Shown here: positions 9,122 to 16,170 of the stretch, piece by piece
How the letters are laid out: every line of letters starts with the position of its first letter
Numbering within the stretch: the first letter of the stretch is position 1
Assembly: GCA_029224785.1 (NCBI GenBank)
Contig: JAQXVF010000009.1
Location: 10,314 to 74,313, forward strand
Source: Bacillota bacterium
Lineage (GTDB): Bacteria > Bacillota > Clostridia > Oscillospirales > Oscillospiraceae
DNA: 64,000 bases
Reading direction: 5' to 3'
Notes under the pieces: generated by a model
The model's database searches: none
Told to the model about the DNA's origin: nothing
What the model saw: the letters and a program-made list of their open reading frames with translations, nothing else
Made by a program: the position numbers and the translations under genes

Positions 9122-9928
9122 ATGAAATACGGTTTCCTTTTTTTGATTTTCCTGTTTTTTCTGTATATTTTTTCCCTGTCCGGACGCAGAAGGAATCCCG
9201 GTCTGGAGCCTTTCCGGAGCTTCCGGTATGCCCACCGGGGTCTCCATGACAGCGTTCGTCCGGAAAACAGCCTGTCTGCATTTCAGGCCGCCGTGGATCA
9301 CGGCTATGGAGCAGAGCTGGACGTGCATCTTCTGAAGGACGGATCCCTTGCAGTCTTTCATGATTCCGACCTTTTCCGCGTTACCGGGAAGCAGGGCCAT
9401 ATTCAGGATCTGACCGCTGAGGATCTTCCCGGCTATCCTCTCTCCGGTACAGAGCAGACCATTCCCCTGTTTTCACAGGTTCTGTCTGTTTTCTGCGGGA
9501 AAACGCCACTGATTGTGGAGCTGAAAGTGGACGACAACAATTACGGCCCCCTTTGCGATGCCGTTTGCAAAATGCTGGACGGATACTCCGGGCGGTACTG
9601 TCTGGAATCCTTTGATCCCCGCTGCATCCGGTATCTGCGGAAGCACTATCCGGACCGGATCCGCGGACAGCTCTCTGAGGACTACCTCGGTCGTGGTGCA
9701 AAATCCCCGTTTCTTGTAAAGCTATTGTGCGGGTGGCTCATGACCAATTTCCTGACCAAACCGGATTTCATCGCATACCGGTTTGAGGACCGGAAAAACC
9801 TTCATTGCACCATTGCAAGGAAGCTCTGGGGAATCCAGGGCGTCAGTTGGACGCTGAAAACCAAAGAGGATTTTGAGTCCGCGGTTTCGGAAGGATGGAT
9901 CCCGATTTTCGAAAACCATATTCCATAG
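9122..9928 (+). CDS. glycerophosphodiester phosphodiesterase family protein, N-terminal membrane anchor
   Basis: YAHRGLHD...ENSLSAFQAAVDHGYGAELDVHLLKDGSLAVFHDSDL is the GDPD catalytic signature. N-terminus is hydrophobic (FLFLIFLFFLYIF). Confidence 0.85.
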   Translation: MKYGFLFLIFLFFLYIFSLSGRRRNPGLEPFRSFRYAHRGLHDSVRPENSLSAFQAAVDHGYGAELDVHLLKDGSLAVFHDSDLFRVTGKQGHIQDLTAEDLPGYPLSGTEQTIPLFSQVLSVFCGKTPLIVELKVDDNNYGPLCDAVCKMLDGYSGRYCLESFDPRCIRYLRKHYPDRIRGQLSEDYLGRGAKSPFLVKLLCGWLMTNFLTKPDFIAYRFEDRKNLHCTIARKLWGIQGVSWTLKTKEDFESAVSEGWIPIFENHIP

Positions 9929-10001
9929 GTTTGCTTGCCCGGTTCCAGGCTCGCAATGTTTCTTCCCACTCTTTTCCGTATTGCAGAAAACAATCATTTG
10001 T

Positions 10002-10050
10002 AACTGCCGGATCAGTCACATTTTCGTGTCTGATCCGGCAGTTTTTCTTC
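10002..10050 (+). terminator. Rho-independent terminator after the GDPD gene
   Basis: Perfect 14-bp stem aactgccggatcag / ctgatccggcagtt, 14-nt loop, followed by tttcttcc. Confidence 0.7.
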
Positions 10051-10105
10051 CCTTTGAATAGAAATCGGAAAGAAATCAAAAGATACGGGAAGAAAGGGTG
10101 ATCAT

Positions 10106-11122
10106 ATGAACATCACACACAGCGGACGACAGAGTTTTCGTCTGCAGCAGCCGGTTGTCCTGACAACATGGGCCAGTGTTGCCGGAAAAAAAGAATCGGA
10201 AGGCCCTCTGGGAGCGTGTTTTGACCTGACATCCAGGGACCCCTACTTCGGACAAAAATCCTGGGAAAAGGCGGAAAGCCATTTACAGATGCTTGCCATC
10301 TCTGCCGCAGCGGAAAAAGCATGCCTTCAGCTTTCGGATTTCGACCTGATTCTGTCCGGCGATCTTCTGAACCAGTGTATCGGCTCCTCCTTCAGTCTGC
10401 GAAACACCGGAGTTCCCCATTTGGGATTGTACGGCGCCTGTTCCACCATGGCGGAAAGTCTGCTGATGGGTGCTATTGCCGTGGGATCCGGTGCTGTCCG
10501 TCGTGCGGTTGCAATGACTTCTTCCCATTTTGCATCCTCCGAACGGCAATATCGATTTCCTCTTGGCTACGGCGGACAGCGAACACCCACTGCACAGTGG
10601 ACCGTCACCGGATCCGGTTCGGTCATCCTGGAGCCCGGTGGAAAAGGCCCCAGAGTCGATGCCTGCACCGTGGGAACGGTGGTAGACCTGGGAATCAAGG
10701 ATGCCAACAACATGGGTGCGGCCATGGCTCCTGCGGCATACGACACCATCCGCGCCCACATGGATGATCTTGGCAGAACGGAGGCAGATTTCGACTTTAT
10801 CATCACAGGCGATCTGGGACAGTTGGGCCGGGAGCTTCTGTGCAAGCTGGCAGCCCGGGACGGATACCATTGGGAGGACAAGATCCGGGACTGCGGTTGC
10901 ATGGTATTCGACAACACGCAGCAGGATGTGCATTCCGGCGGCTCCGGCTGCGGATGCAGCGCCGTGGTGCTGTGCGGGTACTGGCTGGACAAACTAAAAC
11001 AAGGGAAACTGAAACGAATCCTGTTTTGCGGCACCGGGGCTCTACTGTCCCCCACTTCAACCCAGCAGGGGGAGAGTATCCCCGCCGTTTGTCATGCCGT
11101 TTCCCTGGAAGGAGGAAACTGA
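10106..11122 (+). CDS. spoVAD: stage V sporulation protein AD
   Basis: 338 aa. Thiolase-like SpoVAD pattern: GDLLNQC, LGLYGACST, ERQYRFPLGYGGQRTPTAQWTVTGSG, HSGGSGCGCSA. Confidence 0.9.
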   Translation: MNITHSGRQSFRLQQPVVLTTWASVAGKKESEGPLGACFDLTSRDPYFGQKSWEKAESHLQMLAISAAAEKACLQLSDFDLILSGDLLNQCIGSSFSLRNTGVPHLGLYGACSTMAESLLMGAIAVGSGAVRRAVAMTSSHFASSERQYRFPLGYGGQRTPTAQWTVTGSGSVILEPGGKGPRVDACTVGTVVDLGIKDANNMGAAMAPAAYDTIRAHMDDLGRTEADFDFIITGDLGQLGRELLCKLAARDGYHWEDKIRDCGCMVFDNTQQDVHSGGSGCGCSAVVLCGYWLDKLKQGKLKRILFCGTGALLSPTSTQQGESIPAVCHAVSLEGGN

Positions 11123-11123
11123 T

Positions 11124-11480
11124 ATGGAATACCTGAAAGCATTTGTCACCGGTGGGATTCTCTGTCTTATGGGACAAATCCTGATCGATAAAACAAAGCT
11201 GACCCCTGCCCGGATTTTGGTGAGTTATGTGGTCGTCGGCGTGCTTCTGGGCGGCACCGGAATCTATCAGAAAATTGTGGATTTCGGTGGTGCCGGTGCT
11301 ACCGTCCCCCTGACCGGCTTCGGATATAACCTTGCCAAGGGCGTGACCCGGGCTGTCAATGAGCAGGGTTTTCTGGGAATCTTCACCGGCGGGCTGAAAA
11401 GCTGTGCCGGTGGAATTACCGCAGCCATTCTGGCAGGCTTGGTCGCCAGCCTCCTGTTCCGTCCCAAGGATAAATCATAA
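11124..11480 (+). CDS. spoVAE: stage V sporulation protein AE
   Basis: Start MEYLKAFVTGG at 11124 after GGAAGGAGG. Small 4-TM protein. VPLTGFGYNLAKG motif is typical of SpoVAE/SpoVAC-family proteins. Confidence 0.85.
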   Translation: MEYLKAFVTGGILCLMGQILIDKTKLTPARILVSYVVVGVLLGGTGIYQKIVDFGGAGATVPLTGFGYNLAKGVTRAVNEQGFLGIFTGGLKSCAGGITAAILAGLVASLLFRPKDKS

Positions 11481-11496
11481 ACCGCCGCCTTCTTTC

Positions 11497-11525
11497 TTGA
11501 CACCTTTCTCTTTGCGTCATAGAAT
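11497..11525 (+). promoter_or_regulatory. sigmaA-type promoter candidate for map
   Basis: TTGACA (11497-11502), 17 nt spacer, TAGAAT (11520-11525). Confidence 0.5.
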
Positions 11526-11551
11526 AGGAAAAAACGGAAAGAAGGCTGACT

Positions 11552-12421
11552 ATGGAAGTACCGGTGAGAAGATACTGTTGGTGCGGCAGCGGAAAATACT
11601 ATGAAAACTGCCACAGGGATTTTGACATCCGTCTGAAGGCGTTCCGCAGGCAGGGATTTCGGGTTCCGGGACATGACCTGATCAAAACACCGGAGCAAAT
11701 TGAGGGCATTCGCCGGAGCGCAAAACTCAACGTGGAAGTGCTGGACTATGTGGCATCCAACATCCGGGCGGGAATCTCCACAGAGGAAATCGACCGCTGG
11801 GTGTACGAATATACCGTCTCCCATGGTGGCATTCCTGCCCCGCTGCATTACGAAGGGTTTCCCAAAAGTGTATGCACCAGCCGAAACGATGTGGTCTGCC
11901 ACGGTATCCCATCCTCAAAAGAACTTTTGCTGGACGGAGATATCCTGAATGTGGATGTTTCTACTGTTTTGGGCGGGTACTTTTCGGATTCCTCCCGGAT
12001 GTTTTGCATCGGAAACGTCCCGCAAGCCCACCGAAACCTGGTTGACAATGCCCTGTTGTGTCTGAAAGCGGGTCTTTCCCAGATCAAGCCATGGGCACCC
12101 ATCGGAAATGTGGGTCAGGCCATTTCCGACTGTGCCCGGAAGTTCGGCTACTCCGTTGTTCGGGAGATCGGCGGACACGGCATCGGACTGGCATTTCACG
12201 AGGAACCTTTTGTAGATCACACCGCAAAGGCCGGTGCCGGCATGCTGATGGTTCCCGGCATGGTCTTTACCATAGAACCCATGATCAATTTGGGCACACG
12301 CCGGTTTACCATTGACCGGAGAAACGGCTGGACCATCCGCACCGCAGACGGGAAAGCCTCCGCCCAGTGGGAATACCAGGTTCTGGTCACGGAAACCGGA
12401 TACGAAGTTCTGGCATGGTAA
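11552..12421 (+). CDS. map: type I methionyl aminopeptidase with N-terminal SEC-C zinc motif
   Basis: N-terminus CWCGSGKYYENCH (SEC-C). Core motifs VCHGIP, DILNVDV, FCIG, GHGIG, FTIEP, QWEYQVLVT. Confidence 0.9.
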   Translation: MEVPVRRYCWCGSGKYYENCHRDFDIRLKAFRRQGFRVPGHDLIKTPEQIEGIRRSAKLNVEVLDYVASNIRAGISTEEIDRWVYEYTVSHGGIPAPLHYEGFPKSVCTSRNDVVCHGIPSSKELLLDGDILNVDVSTVLGGYFSDSSRMFCIGNVPQAHRNLVDNALLCLKAGLSQIKPWAPIGNVGQAISDCARKFGYSVVREIGGHGIGLAFHEEPFVDHTAKAGAGMLMVPGMVFTIEPMINLGTRRFTIDRRNGWTIRTADGKASAQWEYQVLVTETGYEVLAW

Positions 12422-12426
12422 AAAGA

Positions 12427-12455
12427 GAATAATCCTCCCTTTCGCGGACATACTA
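12427..12455 (+). promoter_or_regulatory. forespore sigmaG-type promoter candidate
   Basis: GAATA (12427-12431), 17 nt spacer, CATACTA (12449-12455). This matches the B. subtilis sigmaG consensus as I remember it (GHATR, 17-18 nt, CATNNTA). Confidence 0.45.
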
Positions 12456-12496
12456 TGCCTGCGGGATTCCGCAAACATTTTTTGGAGGATTGGAAA

Positions 12497-12631
12497 ATGA
12501 GCAATCAGAATAACAACCAGAACCGCACCCAGAACAACCAGAATCGTACCCAGAACAACAACCAGAACCGTACCCAGAACAACAACCAGAACCGTACCCA
12601 GAACAGCAACGAAAACTGCAAAGAGCGCTAA
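12497..12631 (+). CDS. 44-aa Asn/Gln-rich tandem-repeat protein (MSNQNNNQNRTQNNQNRTQNNNQNRTQNNNQNRTQNSNENCKER); possible small spore protein
   Basis: Below the ORF-track size cutoff. ATG 12497 lies 7 nt after GGAGGA (12484-12489). The stop is followed 6 nt later by a GC-rich hairpin. 19 Asn and 9 Gln in 44 residues. Confidence 0.55.
   Translation: MSNQNNNQNRTQNNQNRTQNNNQNRTQNNNQNRTQNSNENCKER
12518..12610 (+). repeat. in-frame tandem repeat, 4 units of 21/24 nt (CAGAAYCGYACCCAGAAC[AAC][AAC])
   Basis: Units at 12518-12538, 12539-12562, 12563-12586 and 12587-12610, encoding QNRTQN(N)(N). Confidence 0.85.
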
Positions 12632-12637
12632 GGAAAT

Positions 12638-12662
12638 CCCCCTCTGCCAATGGCAGAGGGGG
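12638..12662. terminator. GC-rich hairpin shared by the convergent small ORF and addA
   Basis: ccccctctgcc / ggcagaggggg, an 11-bp perfect inverted repeat around aat. Lies between stop 12631 (+) and stop 12667 (-). U-tracts are weak. Confidence 0.55.
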
Positions 12663-12666
12663 TCGT

Positions 12667-15600
12667 TCAGTTCACAGGCACACAATCGCCCGTGGAAAAG
12701 AAATACAGATACGTTTCCTTCACCGGCATCTGATAGATTCGCTCCATCGCACGGGCATAGGTTCTGACCTGTCCGGCATAACGCTCCGTCTTTTGATGCA
12801 GATCCTGTACCCGATCCGTCTTGAAATCCACGACTACCATACCGTCCGGCTCCATAAAAGCCAGATCCACCACACCCTGCATCAGAATCTCCTCCCCCGC
12901 AAGATCGGCGCCGAACCGCTCACCCGGCTCCAGAATGGAGAATTTGAACTCACGAAGCACCATACCGGCGTTTTGGAGTCTGGCTCCCAGGCTGCTTTGG
13001 AAAAAACCTGCAATGCACACCGGGTCCACCGAATCCCGTTCTTCTGTGCTGAGGATCTCTTCACAAACCAGCCTGTCAAGCTCCGACGACACCGACTGCA
13101 CATCCCTGCACACAGAAAAATCCAGATACTGCATGGCCCGATGGACGGAATTGCCCCGATCCATTCCGCTCTGGGCGGAGGTGCCGGGTTTTCGCCACCG
13201 GAAGGATACCGTCGGAGTTCCGCCGGAATTGCGTGCAGCCTCCTCATCCTTTTGCCGTCCCTTCTGCTGGGTGGCCGTCTGTTTGGACGGCTCCACCACC
13301 GCCGCCTGGTGGGGATAGCGGAAGGCAAGCCCCCTGCGGATCTGTTCCGGAATTTCCGGCGGCATGGTTCTTTCCTCCGAACCCTTCTCAAGGATCCTTG
13401 CCTCCTGAGGTGCCTCATCCACCAGCCGGATCTTCCATGCAGGTTCTCCCATGGTCGTCTCATGGTGCTTTGCCCCCGCAGCAAATAGTTCCCCAGCCTC
13501 CGTACGGCGCATAGCCGCCATCAGGATCCAGTCTCCCATGCAGGAAACGCAGGAAGCCATCAATTCCGGATCCTCCAGGGCCAGCCGGTTCCCCACAGCA
13601 GTGAGATGTTTGGGTAGGTCCTTCCGGGTGTAAGTCATTATCAGCCGGTCCCGTGCCCGCGTCATGGCAACGTACAGCACCCGCATCTCCTCGGAAAGGC
13701 TTTCCCTGCGTTCTTTGACGCTGATGGCCCTGCGGGCAGCAGAGGGATAAAATAACCGATTCTCCCGATCAGCAACGCTGAGTCCGATTCCCAGTTCCCG
13801 GTCACACAGGGCTCTGCCCCGGGAGGATTCCTGATTGATGGTCTTTGCCAGGCCGCAGAGGAACACCACAGGATATTCCAGTCCTTTGGATTTGTGAATA
13901 CTCTGGATGGTGACAAAGTCCCCGGCAGCATCGTCTCCGCTGACCTGGAGGCCCTTTTCCGCCATGGAATCCAGATAATGCAGGAACATATCCAGATCCC
14001 TTCTGCCGCCGTTTTCGTAGTCCACGGCAATCTGGAAAAAGCTCTGCAGATTCTTCTTTTTCTGGCTTCCGTCCTGACGGATGCCATAAATTCCCTCCAG
14101 TGAAAGGGACGCATATAGATAAGCCAGCAGTCCGCTGATGGTCTCCGACCTGGCTTTTTCCCGAAATACATCCAGAAGTCCGCATACCTCTGTGGCCTTG
14201 GGAAGCTCCGATAATCTCAGCGCCTCATAAAACGGGATACTCTTCTTCCCCTTTCGAACCTGCGCAAGCTCATCCGCCATAAAACCGAAGATCGGGCTGG
14301 AAAGCACCGCCGTCAGCGGGATATCCTGCCTTGGGTTGCTGATGACGCACAAAAGCGCTCGGAGCGTCTCGATCTCTTCCGTTTTCAGCAGATCACTTCC
14401 CGTATCACTTCTGCAGGGGATCCCCAGCTCTTCCAGCGCATTCTGAAAATACAGGCCGTTGGTACCGGGAGACCGGAGCAATATCACAATATCCGAGGCC
14501 GTAATGGGCCGAAGATCCTCCCCCTGCCGGACCATGTGGGTTCCGTCCAGCAGTTCCCGGATACGTCCGGCAGTAAACGCCGATTCCCGGGCATAGGTAT
14601 TGTCCCCTGCCTCTACGGCATAAAACTCGATCTCGGGATCCGGCAGGGATCCGTGAGGAACGCCCTCTACAAGCTGCTCCTCCGGACCGTAGTGCAGACC
14701 GCCTACGGATTCCGACATACAAAGGGAAAACACATCATTGACTGCCCGGATGACGCCGTTTCCGGATCGGTAATTCCGACTCAGGGAGATTTTCCGGCTC
14801 TCCCCGGGCTTCGCCTGCTCTGCAGGCACATAAGTATGGTATTTCTCCAGGAAAATACCCGGATCAGCCAGGCGGAAGCGATATATGGACTGCTTTACGT
14901 CACCGACCATGAAGCAGTTGTGCTTGTCCCGGCTCAGCGTACGGAATATTCCGTCCTGCACGCCGTTGGAATCCTGATACTCATCCACCATGATCTCCCG
15001 GTATCGGCTTCCGATCTCCCGGGCCGCTGCTGTGGGGCCGCTTCGTGCTTTGCCCATAAGCAGATCCAGTGTTTTATGCTCCAGATCACCGAAATCCAGC
15101 ACCCGCCGACCGGCTTTTGCCTTTGCGAAAGCCTTGGAGAATGCGCGGACCAGGCCGATCAGCCCCCGGGCAGCGGAAGCAAGCTGACTTGCATCCGACA
15201 AGATCTGCTCAGAGGATTCCGAGAAAAACTGGACATACCCTGCAAGATTCTTTTTGCAGGCATCCCGGACAGCTTTGATCTGTTCGCTGACCTCCGGAGC
15301 CGGATTTTTCGTCGGGAAGCGCAGGGTCCCGAAGGAAATCTTGCAGTTTCGAACATATTCCTCCCAGGTTTTGCTGTCCTGAAGCACCCGGATCTGCTGC
15401 AGTTCTTCCATCAGCACATCCGCAGCCTTCCGAAACTCCGGAACCCTATCCGCAGCTTCCACACACCGCTCCAACGCCGGGATCTGAAGCGCCAGATATT
15501 CCTGCATAGTATCCATCAGGAACCTGCCCCACGGCAGCTCCGCCAGATCCCCGGAAGAAGCCGGTAAGCTGTCCCGAAGGCATTGCTCCAGCCACGCCTC

Positions 15601-16170
15601 CGGATCCGGATGACACCGGGAGGCGTCATAGATCTTCAGCACGATCTCCGGAACGGTAGCATCATTTCTTCCGATGCCCTGGGTATCCACAAAAGCGCAG
15701 AAATCCGGATTCTCATCCGCCCGGGCATAGGACTCCTCCAACACCTTGGCCATCACATCCTCCCGGAGCTGACGGCACTCATTCTCGTCCGCAACCCGGA
15801 AATCCATAGGCACATCCGTCTGATATGGATACTGCCGGAGAAGCTCCGAGCAGAAGGAGTGCACTGTGGAGATGCTGGCCATGTACAGACGTTGTACTTG
15901 ACGGCGAAGGTGGAGATTTCGGGGCTGCTCCGCAATCAGGGTGCTGAGTCTTGCGCCGATTTTTCGACGAAGATCTCCCGCGGCAGCCTTGGTATAGGTG
16001 ATGATCAAAAAATCGTCCAAATTGGCTGGATCAGCCGGATCCGTCAGATACTTCATGATCCGTTCCACCAGCACGGTGGTTTTGCCGGATCCCGCTGCTG
16101 CGGAGACCAGCAGATTGCCGCCCCGGTTCTCCACGACCGACCGCTGCTGCTCAGAAAACTGAACGCCCAT
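12667..16170 (-). CDS. addA: helicase-exonuclease AddAB, subunit AddA
   Basis: 1167 aa. UvrD-type N-terminus NLLVSAAAGSGKTTVLVERI, then DEYQDSN, helicase motifs and a C-terminal RecB-type nuclease region (GVVDLAF...VVDFKTD). Confidence 0.9.
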   Translation of the reverse strand: MGVQFSEQQRSVVENRGGNLLVSAAAGSGKTTVLVERIMKYLTDPADPANLDDFLIITYTKAAAGDLRRKIGARLSTLIAEQPRNLHLRRQVQRLYMASISTVHSFCSELLRQYPYQTDVPMDFRVADENECRQLREDVMAKVLEESYARADENPDFCAFVDTQGIGRNDATVPEIVLKIYDASRCHPDPEAWLEQCLRDSLPASSGDLAELPWGRFLMDTMQEYLALQIPALERCVEAADRVPEFRKAADVLMEELQQIRVLQDSKTWEEYVRNCKISFGTLRFPTKNPAPEVSEQIKAVRDACKKNLAGYVQFFSESSEQILSDASQLASAARGLIGLVRAFSKAFAKAKAGRRVLDFGDLEHKTLDLLMGKARSGPTAAAREIGSRYREIMVDEYQDSNGVQDGIFRTLSRDKHNCFMVGDVKQSIYRFRLADPGIFLEKYHTYVPAEQAKPGESRKISLSRNYRSGNGVIRAVNDVFSLCMSESVGGLHYGPEEQLVEGVPHGSLPDPEIEFYAVEAGDNTYARESAFTAGRIRELLDGTHMVRQGEDLRPITASDIVILLRSPGTNGLYFQNALEELGIPCRSDTGSDLLKTEEIETLRALLCVISNPRQDIPLTAVLSSPIFGFMADELAQVRKGKKSIPFYEALRLSELPKATEVCGLLDVFREKARSETISGLLAYLYASLSLEGIYGIRQDGSQKKKNLQSFFQIAVDYENGGRRDLDMFLHYLDSMAEKGLQVSGDDAAGDFVTIQSIHKSKGLEYPVVFLCGLAKTINQESSRGRALCDRELGIGLSVADRENRLFYPSAARRAISVKERRESLSEEMRVLYVAMTRARDRLIMTYTRKDLPKHLTAVGNRLALEDPELMASCVSCMGDWILMAAMRRTEAGELFAAGAKHHETTMGEPAWKIRLVDEAPQEARILEKGSEERTMPPEIPEQIRRGLAFRYPHQAAVVEPSKQTATQQKGRQKDEEAARNSGGTPTVSFRWRKPGTSAQSGMDRGNSVHRAMQYLDFSVCRDVQSVSSELDRLVCEEILSTEERDSVDPVCIAGFFQSSLGARLQNAGMVLREFKFSILEPGERFGADLAGEEILMQGVVDLAFMEPDGMVVVDFKTDRVQDLHQKTERYAGQVRTYARAMERIYQMPVKETYLYFFSTGDCVPVN

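Noticed and set aside
10056-10085. SigmaG/sigmaF-type promoter for spoVAD (GAATA, 18 nt, AAAGATA)
   Set aside because: The -10 element matches only 3 of the 5 specified positions of CATNNTA. This is too weak to list as a feature.
12453-12650. Minus-strand 65-aa Cys/Gly/Ser-repeat ORF (…CCSGYGSGCCSGYGSGCCSGYDSGC…), and the 256-aa ORF 11915..12685 with VLGTVLVVV repeats, both overlapping the N/Q-repeat ORF
   Set aside because: Any frame of a tandem repeat gives a repetitive peptide. The minus-strand frames start at TTG inside the terminator hairpin with no RBS and no ATG. They end inside the promoter-like element. The plus-strand frame has ATG, a consensus RBS, a promoter-like element and a hairpin right after its stop.
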